The position numbers and the translations under genes are program-made. From Oligoflexales bacterium (GTDB lineage Bacteria; Bdellovibrionota_B; Oligoflexia; Oligoflexales; Bog-1112), in contig JBGCEP010000018.1 of NCBI GenBank assembly GCA_045106415.1, forward strand, positions 1-64,000: a DNA stretch of 64,000 nucleotides, read 5' to 3'. The notes under the pieces were generated by a model. It saw only the letters and a program-made list of their open reading frames with translations, had not been told where the DNA came from and did no database searches. This document shows, one piece after another, positions 38,854 through 49,710 of the stretch (the first letter of the stretch is position 1; every line of letters begins with the position of its first letter).

Positions 38854-39588
38854 TCAGCCTTCAATGATTTCACCGTTTGTCAAAATCTCATCTACCCCAG
38901 CAGCGAGAGCCAATTGAGTCTCGGCATCGCCCTCAGGTAAAAAAGCGAGCACTTTTCCCCCGTAAGAATGAATGCGATCGACAAATCCTTTATCTAAAAT
39001 AAGCCAATGCTGCATATAAACAGGAGCCGAGTAAAAACAGCCTTCTTGCAAACCACCTAAAAAAAGGCTCCGCGTTTTCGAACGAAACGCTGCACTCCAG
39101 CACTGAATTTTCCGTCCATAACACTGTGCGCTTGGAAATGTGTTCTGAAAAATTTGTTGCTGTTGTTTATCCCAAAAAAGAAAACGGGCCTGTGTTTGCA
39201 ACCACTGCGTTGCATGATGAAGCTGAGCCCATTTTGTGAGAGCTGCCAGAGTTGTCATCCCGTGTTCTGGCTTAATATCCAAAGTCCATGACAATCCTGC
39301 ATAACACTCTATAAATTCATCAAAAAACATAGGAACACACCCAGAGCCACTATCTCCTAAAGAGATTTTTTGAATCTCTGCACGCGTCATTTCCCATACT
39401 GCCGTCAAAGGTCCTCCCAGGCGCTCAAAACTTATGTCATGACACAGCACAAGGTGTCCATCGCTTGTCGTACGTAAATCTGTCTCTAAAAACTTAAAAC
39501 CGTTTTCAACGGCACGATCAAACGCAACCCGAGTATTTTCAACATTGCCCAAACCTCGATGCGATATCCATGTTACTTTGTTTTCCAT
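38854..39588 (-). CDS. Glycerophosphodiester phosphodiesterase family protein
   Basis: SHRG..ENT, ETDLRTTSDGHLVLCHD, GVDEILTN. Confidence 0.9.
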   Translation of the reverse strand: MENKVTWISHRGLGNVENTRVAFDRAVENGFKFLETDLRTTSDGHLVLCHDISFERLGGPLTAVWEMTRAEIQKISLGDSGSGCVPMFFDEFIECYAGLSWTLDIKPEHGMTTLAALTKWAQLHHATQWLQTQARFLFWDKQQQQIFQNTFPSAQCYGRKIQCWSAAFRSKTRSLFLGGLQEGCFYSAPVYMQHWLILDKGFVDRIHSYGGKVLAFLPEGDAETQLALAAGVDEILTNGEIIEG

Positions 39589-39787
39589 AAGTCCTTTATG
39601 CTCCTTCTGGCCACGATCCAGATTGCCTGGGCTTGGTGTAGCATCATATGATTCATACTTCGAGTAAAGATTCTGCTTACAGCCTATTCTATGAAAATGT
39701 CTGCCTTCTCATTTGAACTCCGGGCATCGACAGGTTTACAGTTATAATAACGCAATCTCAACCGAGATGATGAGAGGAGACTTCGTG

Positions 39788-41905
39788 ATGGAGCAACAAT
39801 GGCTCAAACAAGCCACCAAAGACCTTAAAGGGAAAACACCGGAACCAGCTCTTTCCCCTGAAGGAATCCCAATCCAGCCTCTTTACACCTCTCAAGATCT
39901 CCAAAATCGAGAATATAAAGAGTCTTATCCAGGACTCAGTCCATTTACTAGGGGACCACGAGCCACAATGTATACAGGTCGCCCTTGGACAATTCGGCAA
40001 TACGCAGGATTTTCAACCCCTGAGGAATCTAATCAATTTTACCGGAAATGCCTTGCGGCAGGCCAAAAAGGCCTGAGTGTCGCTTTTGATCTACCGACTC
40101 ACAGAGGTTATGATTCCGATCATCCTCGCGTCTTTGGTGATGTCGGAAAAGCTGGAGTAGCGATCGACACAGTCGAGGATATGAAAATTTTATTCCAAGG
40201 CATTCCTCTCGACAAAATGAGTGTTTCCATGACCATGAATGGTGCCGTCATCCCTATTCTCGCTTCCTACATCGTAGTTGCACAAGAGCAAGGTGTGTCC
40301 ATGAACCAGCTTAGCGGCACAATTCAAAACGACATTTTAAAAGAATATATGGTGCGTAATACTTATATTTTTCCTCCAACACCATCAATGGATGCTATTG
40401 GAGATATTATTGGTTTTACTGCAAAAAACATGCCTAAATACAACAGTATTAGTATCAGTGGTTATCATCTCCAAGAAGCCGGTGCTGACTCTGCTTTAGA
40501 GCTTGCATACACAATTGCAGATGGCCTTGAATATGTTAGAAAGGCTCTGGAATCTGGCCTAGACATTGATGAGTTCGCGCCACGACTTTCTTTCTTTTTT
40601 GCAATTGGCATGAACTTTTATATGGAAATAGCAAAACTCAGAGCAGCAAGAACTCTATGGTTCGAGGTGATGCAAGAGTTTTCACCAAAAGACCCTAAAT
40701 CTTCGATGCTAAGAACTCACTGCCAAACCTCAGGCTATAGCCTCACAGAACAAGACCCGTATAACAACGTTATACGGACAACAGTCGAAGCTATGGCTGC
40801 CTCTCTCGGTGGAACTCAATCTCTTCACACTAACGCTCTTGATGAAGCAATTGCTCTACCCAGTGATTTTTCAGCAAGAATTGCACGTAATACCCAATTA
40901 ATTTTGCAAGAGGAAACCGACATCACACAAACAGTGGATCCTTTTGGCGGAAGTTACTTTATGGAGAGCTTAACTCACGACATCGTTGAAAAAGCAAAAG
41001 AGTACCTCACAGAAATTGAAACACATGGAGGTATGACACAAGCTATCGCAGCTGGAATACCTCGACTACGCATTGAAGAAGCAGCTGCTAAAAAACAAGC
41101 ACGCATCGACACTGGTCGCGAAACAATTGTGGGCGTCAATAAATACTCAGCCCCAAATGATAACAACCCTGAAATACGAGAAATTGACAACGCCAGTGTC
41201 CTCGAATCTCAAATTGAAAAGCTTAAAAAAATCAAAAAAAATAGAGATAAGAAAAAAGTCCAACAGTGCCTCACAAACATGACTCAGGCTTGTCAAAACA
41301 AAACAGACATTCTCGCCACCGCGATTGAGTGCATGAGTGTGCGCTGCACAGTCGGCGAAGTGACAGAGGCAATGTCTCATGTATGGGGGCGCTATCAAGC
41401 ACCTGTAAAATTAGCTTCAGCTGTTTATGGAGCTGAAGTTCAAAAAGGAAGTGGCCACGATATGTTCGATAAGACACGACTTCACGTAAAAGAATTCGCA
41501 GAGAAATATGGGCGACAACCGCGAATTCTTGTCGCGAAACTTGGCCAAGACGGTCATGACAGAGGTGCTCGTGTCGTTGCTTCAGGACTCGCAGACCTAG
41601 GCTTTGACGTTGACATGAGCCCCCTCTTTCAAACCCCCGAAGAAGCTGTGCGACAGGCAATAGATAATGATGCGCATGTTCTCGCGATTTCCTCACTTGC
41701 CGGAGCTCATAAAACATTAGTTCCTGCAACGATTGATCTTTTAAAAAAATCAGATGCCTCAGATATTGCTATTGTTGTCGGAGGAGTCATTCCTCAACAA
41801 GATTACGAAGAACTTAGGCAAGCAGGTGTTGCTGCTATTTTTGGCCCTGGTACCCCAATTCCGGAGTGTGCTCTTGAAATTCTCAAAGTCATCGATGTTC
41901 ATTGA
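39788..41905 (+). CDS. scpA: Methylmalonyl-CoA mutase
   Basis: [38 protein letters not shown]12-binding GQDGHDRG. Confidence 0.96.
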   Translation: MEQQWLKQATKDLKGKTPEPALSPEGIPIQPLYTSQDLQNREYKESYPGLSPFTRGPRATMYTGRPWTIRQYAGFSTPEESNQFYRKCLAAGQKGLSVAFDLPTHRGYDSDHPRVFGDVGKAGVAIDTVEDMKILFQGIPLDKMSVSMTMNGAVIPILASYIVVAQEQGVSMNQLSGTIQNDILKEYMVRNTYIFPPTPSMDAIGDIIGFTAKNMPKYNSISISGYHLQEAGADSALELAYTIADGLEYVRKALESGLDIDEFAPRLSFFFAIGMNFYMEIAKLRAARTLWFEVMQEFSPKDPKSSMLRTHCQTSGYSLTEQDPYNNVIRTTVEAMAASLGGTQSLHTNALDEAIALPSDFSARIARNTQLILQEETDITQTVDPFGGSYFMESLTHDIVEKAKEYLTEIETHGGMTQAIAAGIPRLRIEEAAAKKQARIDTGRETIVGVNKYSAPNDNNPEIREIDNASVLESQIEKLKKIKKNRDKKKVQQCLTNMTQACQNKTDILATAIECMSVRCTVGEVTEAMSHVWGRYQAPVKLASAVYGAEVQKGSGHDMFDKTRLHVKEFAEKYGRQPRILVAKLGQDGHDRGARVVASGLADLGFDVDMSPLFQTPEEAVRQAIDNDAHVLAISSLAGAHKTLVPATIDLLKKSDASDIAIVVGGVIPQQDYEELRQAGVAAIFGPGTPIPECALEILKVIDVH

Positions 41906-42842
41906 TATCAACTCTCTTGCTCAGGGCATCCATAGAAAAGACAGACGATCCATTGCAAGAGCTATCACATTAGCTGAAAGCACAAAATACGAGGACCAAG
42001 TTTTGTGCGCTCAGCTATTACAAAAATTAAACAAACAAGAAGCAAGGCGCATTGGAGTCACAGGGAGCCCTGGAGCAGGTAAAAGCAGCTTCATCAATAC
42101 GCTGGGCCTTCATCTTCTTCACAAAACCTCACTTGGAATCCTTGTTATTGATCCTTCTTCTCCTCTTTATGGCGGAAGCATTTTAGGAGATAAAACCAGA
42201 ATGGGAGAGCTCGAGCAACACAACAATGTCTTCATTCGCCCCTCACCCAATAAACAAGGGTCTATCAGTTCAGGTCTAAGGGCTTCTATCCGTATTTTAG
42301 AAGCAGCAGGCTTTGAAACCATCATCATAGAAACTGTGGGTGCTGGACAAAGTGAGTATGAGATAGCAACACTCATCGACCTTTTGCTCCTTATTCAAAT
42401 TCCAAACTCTGGAGATGAGCTCCAGGGCATGAAAAAAGGTCTCTTAGAAATAGCCGATATTATTATTATTAACAAAGCAGATGGAAGCTTAGAACACGCA
42501 GCAAAAACCAGTCTTCTAGAGCACAGAAGCTCTCTTTCAATTCACAAGGACCCTCCACCTTTATTTCTTGCAAGCTCACAAAATCAGACTGGATTCTCAG
42601 AGATTATTCAATGTATTGACTCAGAAATAACAAGAAAAAAAAAGAATGGCCAATTCACAAAAAAAAGACAAGAACAAAACTTACAATGCTTTGAAAGAGA
42701 ATCTCTTCAACTTTTAAAATCTTCTCTTCAAAAAAGTGAACACTCAAGCATCTATGAATGCAAAGAAAAAATCACTCAGCATCAAGAAGACCCAAGTTAT
42801 CTAGCACATCAGTGGGTGAAAAATATTTTAAAGAACCATTAG
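41895..42842 (+). CDS. meaB: Methylmalonyl-CoA mutase-associated GTPase
   Basis: [50 protein letters not shown]. Confidence 0.93.
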   Translation: MFIDINSLAQGIHRKDRRSIARAITLAESTKYEDQVLCAQLLQKLNKQEARRIGVTGSPGAGKSSFINTLGLHLLHKTSLGILVIDPSSPLYGGSILGDKTRMGELEQHNNVFIRPSPNKQGSISSGLRASIRILEAAGFETIIIETVGAGQSEYEIATLIDLLLLIQIPNSGDELQGMKKGLLEIADIIIINKADGSLEHAAKTSLLEHRSSLSIHKDPPPLFLASSQNQTGFSEIIQCIDSEITRKKKNGQFTKKRQEQNLQCFERESLQLLKSSLQKSEHSSIYECKEKITQHQEDPSYLAHQWVKNILKNH

Positions 42843-42846
42843 AGCC

Positions 42847-44136
42847 CTAGAAACCATGCTTGATTTTAGGCCAATAATCATTCATCTGAAAATCAGGTGA
42901 ATGTTGACCCTTGTGGCAAGACACACAAGTATGATTCGGCGCTGCCATTTTTTTTCTATTCAAAACATGATCTTTTCCTGGACCATGACAATTCTCACAC
43001 TGCACACCTTTTAAATGATTTGTTTTCTTCTCCGACACATAACCACCATCATTCCACCCAGTCACATGACAAGAGACACAGTCATCCTCATGGTGTCTAT
43101 CAATACGTTGAAGAGTTTCAAACGCTGTCGCATGTGCAGATTTTTTCCACACTTTAAATGCATTTTGATGACACGATGCACATGCATCACTCCCTAGATA
43201 AAGAGTTTTTTCAAACTCTTTCATTCTTTTTTTTTCTTTCATCACAAAATCTTGAGAAGATGATTTTTGATAATCGTCAAGAATTTTTTTTATATCAGAC
43301 TCAATAGCAAAACTCTTATCAAGCCAAGATATAAAAATGTTTTTCTCCCAAGAAAACTTCGGTTTTTCATCAAACAAAAGAACTTTTTCTTTATTTTCTT
43401 TTAGCATCAAAGGGTTTGTAAAATCTTGTTTATCGCTCCTTAAAACCCCTTGTACAGCAAGCGGAACCATATGCGCTCCTCCTTGCAATCTTTGAAGAAG
43501 AGATTCTTCCTTTTTCTCTCTTCCATCTGCCTCTTCCGAGAGAGATGCAGTATGGCTTGTAATGACAGTATTAAAAATTTTAAAGTCTAATATTTTCTTT
43601 AAAACTTCGTCTGACCCATGATACAAAAGTACACGATTCTGAGCTCCTTGGACTTGTTTTTCAATCAACTCTTTAGAAATTTCATAAGCCCCCAAAAGTC
43701 CGATAAAGACAGTTCCATCTTTACGAAAAGCATTATAATTCTTGGTATTTGAATGAAGAACAAACTGGCCCACTGGTTTTTGATTAAGGCGATCGAGAAC
43801 AACATCAGGTTGTATAAACGCTAGAGACTTACGGATAAACATATCTTCAATACTTTTCTCTTCCGAAAAATTTCCACCTAGATTTAAAACCAAAATCTCT
43901 TTATCTTTTAATCTTTCTTGGCGAATCAATTCATAAAGCCGTCCTACACCACCTAAATTCGATTGCGGATTACAACCGCATGGCTCAATTTTTCCTCTCA
44001 TATCCCCAAATGCAAGCCACGCTGCCCCATAGCTCATATCTACAAACATCAGAAAAAATAAACACATCAAAAAAAATTGTCTTTTATCATTTTTAACGCA
44101 TGACATAACCATCACCATAAATACTGTCAATAACAA
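42847..44136 (-). CDS. Tetraheme cytochrome c (c554-like) with N-terminal 5'-nucleotidase-like segment; true start probably near 44067-44106
   Basis: CASCH, CVSCH, CENCH, CVSCH; N-terminal G.IEPCGC...GG..R. Confidence 0.8.
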   Translation of the reverse strand: MLLTVFMVMVMSCVKNDKRQFFLMCLFFLMFVDMSYGAAWLAFGDMRGKIEPCGCNPQSNLGGVGRLYELIRQERLKDKEILVLNLGGNFSEEKSIEDMFIRKSLAFIQPDVVLDRLNQKPVGQFVLHSNTKNYNAFRKDGTVFIGLLGAYEISKELIEKQVQGAQNRVLLYHGSDEVLKKILDFKIFNTVITSHTASLSEEADGREKKEESLLQRLQGGAHMVPLAVQGVLRSDKQDFTNPLMLKENKEKVLLFDEKPKFSWEKNIFISWLDKSFAIESDIKKILDDYQKSSSQDFVMKEKKRMKEFEKTLYLGSDACASCHQNAFKVWKKSAHATAFETLQRIDRHHEDDCVSCHVTGWNDGGYVSEKKTNHLKGVQCENCHGPGKDHVLNRKKMAAPNHTCVSCHKGQHSPDFQMNDYWPKIKHGF

Positions 44137-44710
44137 CCTCTGAGCCGTCTAAATGCCGCCGAACACGAGAAATATGACTATCAATCGTTCTCGGTGACAC
44201 AACACGACCATCCCAAACCTTCTCTCTAATGATTTCTCTTGACACACACCGAGACGGTGTTTGCATAAAAAGTTGGATCAAGTGAGCTTCTTTAGGGGAA
44301 AGTGTAATGTCTTCTTGACCCATCACTCGAAATCTTTGGTGAGTTTTTTCATACCAAAGATCCTTATAAATCATACAAGATCCACTCGCATGTTCAAGAC
44401 GCTCACGAATATGCTCAACAACATCTGCTCGAGGAGTTTGATCAGAAAGGCAGTCTAAAGAGTCATGAGTCGCCACACCTAAGTAAAGCCGCGGGACTGA
44501 CGGTAAAAAATGCTGAAACCATTCTTCAATCTGATCAACATGCCGATCAAGACCAGCTGTCGCAATAACAGCAAGATTGGCAACCTGTGGTGTATCAAAC
44601 TTCACAAGGTTTCTAAAACTCTCAAAACTCCCAAAAGCTCGAACCGCGACATTGCCAATAAGAGCCGGAACCCACTTGGATTCAACATCAATAAGCCATA
44701 GACCTCGCAT
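44093..44710 (-). CDS. OmpR-type winged-helix regulator with degenerate receiver
   Basis: LSPKEAHL, VSREIIREKVW, RTIDSHISRVR, IYGDGY. Confidence 0.8.
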   Translation of the reverse strand: MRGLWLIDVESKWVPALIGNVAVRAFGSFESFRNLVKFDTPQVANLAVIATAGLDRHVDQIEEWFQHFLPSVPRLYLGVATHDSLDCLSDQTPRADVVEHIRERLEHASGSCMIYKDLWYEKTHQRFRVMGQEDITLSPKEAHLIQLFMQTPSRCVSREIIREKVWDGRVVSPRTIDSHISRVRRHLDGSEVVIDSIYGDGYVMR

Positions 44711-44750
44711 ATTCCATCCTTCGAAAAAAGAGTTGCCTATGACGAGTATA

Positions 44751-45713
44751 TCAAGGAGTCTTCAACTCTTTCCAGGAAGGCACCCATTCTTCTTCAGGAG
44801 GCTCTGTGTTGGGATCCATATGGATCACCACATCAATATCCGGCCAACGCTTTCGCAGCGCCAGGGTCACATCATCGCTCACTTGGTGAGCTTCCTGCAG
44901 TGACATAGAGGCTTCTAAAACCATATGAAAATCTAAAAAAAGATGAGGCCCCAATTGCCTTGTTCTCAATTTATGCACACCTCTGCATTGCGGATGACCC
45001 TGAATCACTTTTACAATATCTTTTTGCAGCTCAGGATCGACTTCTTTGTGCATCACATCATGAATACAAGGAAGCAAAATATCTTTCGCTGTCCAAGCGA
45101 AAAGCAAAGCACCGACACCACCAAAAAGAGCATCCAACATTGAAAGTTGAAAAAACCACACACACCCTAAACCCAATGCCCCAACAGCATTCACCGCTGC
45201 ATCTCCAGCATAGTGAGCTCTATCGGCCTTCAAAGATAAGGAACGTTGTGCCATTTTTTTCTCTGCACGCGCAAGGTATGCCTGAATCCCCCAACCACCA
45301 ATCGCTGCACAAATCATGATCAAGATACCCGTCAGCAGAGTTCCTTCTTCTAACCATCCATCATCATCGGAAAATTTACGAACAGACTCAGAAAACAACG
45401 CAGCTGCAAGAAACAAAATAACCAAGCCCTGTATAAAGCCTGCGATCACCTCTAATCCACCATGCCCAAAAGGGTGTTCTCTATCAGCATCCGTACGAGC
45501 TAAAGCATGCAGTTTATGATTGACCACCGACATCACAGAATCAGCCAAAGAATCCAATAAAGACCCCAATACGATCATCGACCCCGTCCACCACCATGCA
45601 CAAAACTTGAGCACTGACAGCAATAAACTCGCAATAGCAGCAACCTTAAGAGGTGCGGCTGCAAACTCTTTATCGCATTCTTTGGTTCCAAGGTTTGTAG
45701 AGGTCATGTTCAA
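44751..45713 (-). CDS. Cation diffusion facilitator (FieF-like)
   Basis: DSLAD, ADREHPFGHG, ADRAHYAGD, LRTRQ.G, AHQVSD, IHMDP. Confidence 0.9.
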   Translation of the reverse strand: MNMTSTNLGTKECDKEFAAAPLKVAAIASLLLSVLKFCAWWWTGSMIVLGSLLDSLADSVMSVVNHKLHALARTDADREHPFGHGGLEVIAGFIQGLVILFLAAALFSESVRKFSDDDGWLEEGTLLTGILIMICAAIGGWGIQAYLARAEKKMAQRSLSLKADRAHYAGDAAVNAVGALGLGCVWFFQLSMLDALFGGVGALLFAWTAKDILLPCIHDVMHKEVDPELQKDIVKVIQGHPQCRGVHKLRTRQLGPHLFLDFHMVLEASMSLQEAHQVSDDVTLALRKRWPDIDVVIHMDPNTEPPEEEWVPSWKELKTP

Positions 45714-46275
45714 AACCCATCATATCTAAAGTTTTTCCGACTATAAAATTAACAATATCTAAAGTCGTCTGAGGTTTTGTGTAAAAACCCGGGTTAGGAG
45801 GTAAAATATCGACCCCCATTTCCGCAAGGGATAACATATTTCTAAGATGAAGTGCACTATATGGAGCTTCTCTAGGTGATAAAATCATACGACGACGCTC
45901 TTTCATCATAACGTCAGCTGCCCTTTCCAACAGGCACGTCGATAACCCTGCAGAAATACGAGCCAATGTCCCCATGGAGCACGGCAAGACAATCATATCA
46001 GTTGCTGCAGAGGTCCCACTTGCTATGGGCGAAAAAAAGTCGTCATTACGAAAAAAACGCACAACTGAATCTTTAACACCTTGATTTTCGACTGCTTTAT
46101 AAAGAGAAAAGCCCTCATCATGAGGTTTCAGTTCATGGCGAATCACAGCATGCCCTGAAGTGGTACACACAAGATAAATTCGATCTACTCGTGATTCTAA
46201 CTCTTGAATAAGGCGCTCCCCCATCCACACACCAGAAGCACCTGTAATTCCGACAATAACTCGTCTTTTAGACAT
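45670..46275 (-). CDS. ubiX: Flavin prenyltransferase
   Basis: GITGASG, IASG, PCSMGTLA, RAADVMMKERR, PRE.P. Confidence 0.93.
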   Translation of the reverse strand: MSKRRVIVGITGASGVWMGERLIQELESRVDRIYLVCTTSGHAVIRHELKPHDEGFSLYKAVENQGVKDSVVRFFRNDDFFSPIASGTSAATDMIVLPCSMGTLARISAGLSTCLLERAADVMMKERRRMILSPREAPYSALHLRNMLSLAEMGVDILPPNPGFYTKPQTTLDIVNFIVGKTLDMMGFEHDLYKPWNQRMR

Positions 46276-46296
46276 ATAAAACCTTTTTAACCATAG

Positions 46297-47208
46297 CTAG
46301 ACACCATGAACCGTGCGTATCCATAAATCAAGCTGCGTCATCAAAAAAAACACAACCCCAACCCAGCCGTTCACATTAAAAAAAGCTGCATCTAAATTTT
46401 TTGATGATCCGTCAACAGCAGCGTCTTTGACTAGCCAGTGCTCAAAGATCAAAATGATAGCAATCAAACCAACACCTGCGTTATACAGCAAACCACCTTC
46501 CCACAGAGCCCCTACTTTTAAAAGGCACAAGATCATGCCAACAAACGACAGACGACTAAGCCACAAAGATTGGAAAGGAGAAAAACGTGACGGGACACTT
46601 TTAAGTCCTTGCCTTTGATCGAAAGAGCTGTCCTGTAGTGAATATAAAATATCAAAGCCTGCGGTCCACAATGCTACAGCGAGCCCTAGAAAAATCTGCA
46701 CAAGTTGAGCTTGGCCGTCTAAAGCAATCGCCACAGCCACTGGCGCAAGTCCTAAACAAACACCCAAATACCAATGTGTCATCCAGCTCATTCTTTTCAT
46801 CATCGAATACCCTGCTAAAATTCCCAATACAGGAAGAGCCAATAAACCTGATAACGGGTTTAACCCGAAGGCTGCTAAAATAAAAATCACCGCAGCCAGC
46901 AAAGAATAAGACAAAGTTTGATAAGGCGTTAGTACCCCGGCTGGGATTGCCCTGTACTTTGTTCGTGGGTTTTGAGCATCAATATCAGCGTCTAAATATC
47001 GATTCATTCCCATAGCAAAGGTCCGAGCGCCAAACATTGCTAAAAAAAGATATAAAATCTTATCCAAGGTTGGCCAGCCTGTCTGAGTTGTTAAAATTGC
47101 TGAAGCTGCAAAAGGAAGGGCAAAAACCGTATGAGAAAGCTTAATATCTTTCGCAAATGCAATTGCATGTTTCATAAATTTCATCTCCGCCAAAATTTTG
47201 ACACTCAT
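46297..47208 (-). CDS. UbiA-family prenyltransferase (MqnP-like)
   Basis: KLSHTVFALPFA, ARTFAMGMNRYLDADIDAQNPRT, GFDILYSLQD, AFFNVNG. Confidence 0.88.
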   Translation of the reverse strand: MSVKILAEMKFMKHAIAFAKDIKLSHTVFALPFAASAILTTQTGWPTLDKILYLFLAMFGARTFAMGMNRYLDADIDAQNPRTKYRAIPAGVLTPYQTLSYSLLAAVIFILAAFGLNPLSGLLALPVLGILAGYSMMKRMSWMTHWYLGVCLGLAPVAVAIALDGQAQLVQIFLGLAVALWTAGFDILYSLQDSSFDQRQGLKSVPSRFSPFQSLWLSRLSFVGMILCLLKVGALWEGGLLYNAGVGLIAIILIFEHWLVKDAAVDGSSKNLDAAFFNVNGWVGVVFFLMTQLDLWIRTVHGV

Positions 47209-47285
47209 CTTCTAAAAACGCATCTATCATGAAGGGAAATTCATGAGATATCAAGAAAACTCATCAAAGCACCGAAAAGGGGTGT

Positions 47286-47609
47286 ATGGATACTCTTATG
47301 AAAAAATATTTATATCTTCTATGCTTTATATGTTCCAGCTGCACAACTGGAGGGTCATATCAAGATATTGATAGAACCGTTGTTATGCCTTTTTTAAAAA
47401 ACTCACCGAACGAATGTTATTATTTAGACGATTTCATGCCTGTCCCCAATAATCTTGTTACAGGGAAAAACGGTTCTATGAATCTTCGCTATTACACCTA
47501 CGATTCAGCTCTTTATAAAGATTGGGGTGACCGAAGAGTGATCCTCTCCTTTTACTCAAAAGATCAACGCTGCTGGACGTTATTTGAGGAGGCTTACGTT
47601 GTTGAATAA
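47286..47609 (+). CDS. Putative lipoprotein
   Basis: MKKYLYLLCFICSSC lipobox-like N-terminus. Confidence 0.6.
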   Translation: MDTLMKKYLYLLCFICSSCTTGGSYQDIDRTVVMPFLKNSPNECYYLDDFMPVPNNLVTGKNGSMNLRYYTYDSALYKDWGDRRVILSFYSKDQRCWTLFEEAYVVE

Positions 47610-48561
47610 CTTCATACTCAAACCACAATTTCTAGCCATTACATTTATTTTTGCACCTCTTTTCTCATGTCAAAGCACAATGACAGCCAGCTCACATACC
47701 ATTGATATTGATCAAGAGCTTTTAAGAGAATCTGTTCATGAATATAAAATGGCTCTCAAAAAAAACCCAACCAACACAGGACTTCACCATAAACTCGGTA
47801 TAGCCCTTGTTCGTTCACGACAATATAAACAAGCTGTTCGACACCTCGAAAAAGGGAGCCCACAAGAAAAAGATTCTTTTGAAAACACTTTTTATCTCGC
47901 TGAAGCTTACCGAGGACTCGAAAAATTTGCGCAAGCAATTTTTTACTACAATAAAGCACTCACCTATGACTCCCAAAATAAAGACACACTCACAGCTCTT
48001 TCTTGGAGTTATTTTCGCATTCGATATTACAGTGAAGCACTCGCCACATCTCAACGAGTTCTGAAAATTGCTCCTCGGCATACAGAGGGCGCTATTATCC
48101 TTGCGCGAACACTCTTAAAACTCAACCAGCCACAAAAAGCAGGTCAAGTTATTAAAAAATCTAGAAAGACCGCTCAAAAAAACATGAGGCCTTACCTCGA
48201 TAGCGTCATAGGCGATATTTATTATTCACAACACTCTTATAATAAAAGCATTCAATCCTATCGACGAGCTTTAAGAAAAGAGCCTATGCTAGCAGGAGCG
48301 TTATTTGGTCTTGGAAAATGTCTCATTCAAAAAGGCCGGCCAAAGGCAGCTATCCACTACATGAAAGAAGCTCTCAAAATTCGACCACAATACAGCGACA
48401 TCCACTTTCAACTCGCAAAAGTGTTAGAGCAAGACGATCCAAAATCATCTCTCAATCATTATAAAAAATTTCGCGGCATGTCACACTCAGATCCTGAACA
48501 TTTGAACCAGGTGAGAGAAGCACAGCGAAAAATACAAATTCTCAAGAACAAAACATTTTAA
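47584..48561 (+). CDS. TPR-repeat (lipo)protein
   Basis: Several 34-aa TPR-like repeats (LG..L....Y..A......AL...P); LFSC lipobox. Confidence 0.85.
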   Translation: MRRLTLLNNFILKPQFLAITFIFAPLFSCQSTMTASSHTIDIDQELLRESVHEYKMALKKNPTNTGLHHKLGIALVRSRQYKQAVRHLEKGSPQEKDSFENTFYLAEAYRGLEKFAQAIFYYNKALTYDSQNKDTLTALSWSYFRIRYYSEALATSQRVLKIAPRHTEGAIILARTLLKLNQPQKAGQVIKKSRKTAQKNMRPYLDSVIGDIYYSQHSYNKSIQSYRRALRKEPMLAGALFGLGKCLIQKGRPKAAIHYMKEALKIRPQYSDIHFQLAKVLEQDDPKSSLNHYKKFRGMSHSDPEHLNQVREAQRKIQILKNKTF

Positions 48562-48570
48562 GGCCCAAAA

Positions 48571-48930
48571 TCAAAGGTGCCTCATCTCGGCTTTACGGTA
48601 ACTCATAAGGCTTCGTTTCGCCTCAAATAAGTTTTTATATGAATCATAGCGCACTTTCAACGCTTCTGATTTTGCACGAGCATCGGCCAATTTATCAAGA
48701 AAGAGGACCCATTTTTCATCAGTCTCAGTCAACCGTTTCAACTTAGCCTCTGAAATCGAACCATCATCGTAAGAATCTGTAATACGAGCTTTTTCAGTAG
48801 CTTTTAACATCTCAAGCTTTTCACTCAAACGACGTGCCTCCACATACTCAAGGCCAACTTGATTCGCCAGGCGCACAATGTCTTCTAAATCTAAAGGCTG
48901 TTTTTTGTCCTGAACCATCAGAAACCCCAC
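48571..48930 (-). CDS. Helical hypothetical protein (UvsY-like pattern)
   Basis: All-helical; SEAKLKRLTETDEKW...ALKVRY...RSLMS..KAEM. Confidence 0.55.
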   Translation of the reverse strand: MGFLMVQDKKQPLDLEDIVRLANQVGLEYVEARRLSEKLEMLKATEKARITDSYDDGSISEAKLKRLTETDEKWVLFLDKLADARAKSEALKVRYDSYKNLFEAKRSLMSYRKAEMRHL

Positions 48931-49125
48931 GAGAACCAGAATCGTAACATAGCAGGGTCTTCACGTATCAAGCCATCAAAAACGACGCATCATCAACTCT
49001 TCAGCATCTAAGAATTATAAGCAAACTATTTCAAGATCTTATAAACACAAGACCATAAGGCTCAAGATTACTGGCCAATTGGCCGATCCATTAGAAAAGC
49101 TATTCAAGCCATCAAGGAGGATGGG

Positions 49126-49710
49126 ATGAGTCTGGATTTTGTAAGTCCTACAGAGTTCTTTCGAGAGCAAATCCAACAATCAGGTCAGCGACAAGGAATC
49201 GAATTTTCCTCGGACATTGAGTTTTATCTCGTCAACTTGCTGTGTGATTTTATTCATACGTCAAAAATAAATTCCCCAGAAGAAGAGATCAACATTCTTG
49301 AAAAACCGTTTGCCTTAGTTCTCAAAACAGCCCTGGAGTCACCTCCTTCTGACCGATACCGAATTTTTCGCCACCTTGGTGATTCTAGCCTTTATGTTGC
49401 CGGCTATTTTCAAGACTCATTCAACCGCAAGGTCTATGATATCGAATATGTTGCAAATGTTGGAGCTCGCGCTTATTGGGAAGCGGCCCCTTTTGCCGGA
49501 GAGCAAAAAAGTGTCTTCATTGCGCTATCAGAGAGAATGAGAGAGTGGGTTGAAGTCATAGCAGATGTCTCTGATCAATTCGGAAGATCAAATAAGGATT
49601 TGCTTGCGCTGTACGACAGATGGACGAAAAATCCCACTCCTCGACTGCGCAGACATCTTGAAGAATCAGGAATTAACCCTATTTTAACAAATATGAAAGA
49701 TCCGCAATAA
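49126..49710 (+). CDS. Conserved hypothetical protein
   Basis: aggagg RBS; EFYLVNLL, LGDSSLYVAGYF, LY.RW motifs. Confidence 0.7.
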   Translation: MSLDFVSPTEFFREQIQQSGQRQGIEFSSDIEFYLVNLLCDFIHTSKINSPEEEINILEKPFALVLKTALESPPSDRYRIFRHLGDSSLYVAGYFQDSFNRKVYDIEYVANVGARAYWEAAPFAGEQKSVFIALSERMREWVEVIADVSDQFGRSNKDLLALYDRWTKNPTPRLRRHLEESGINPILTNMKDPQ

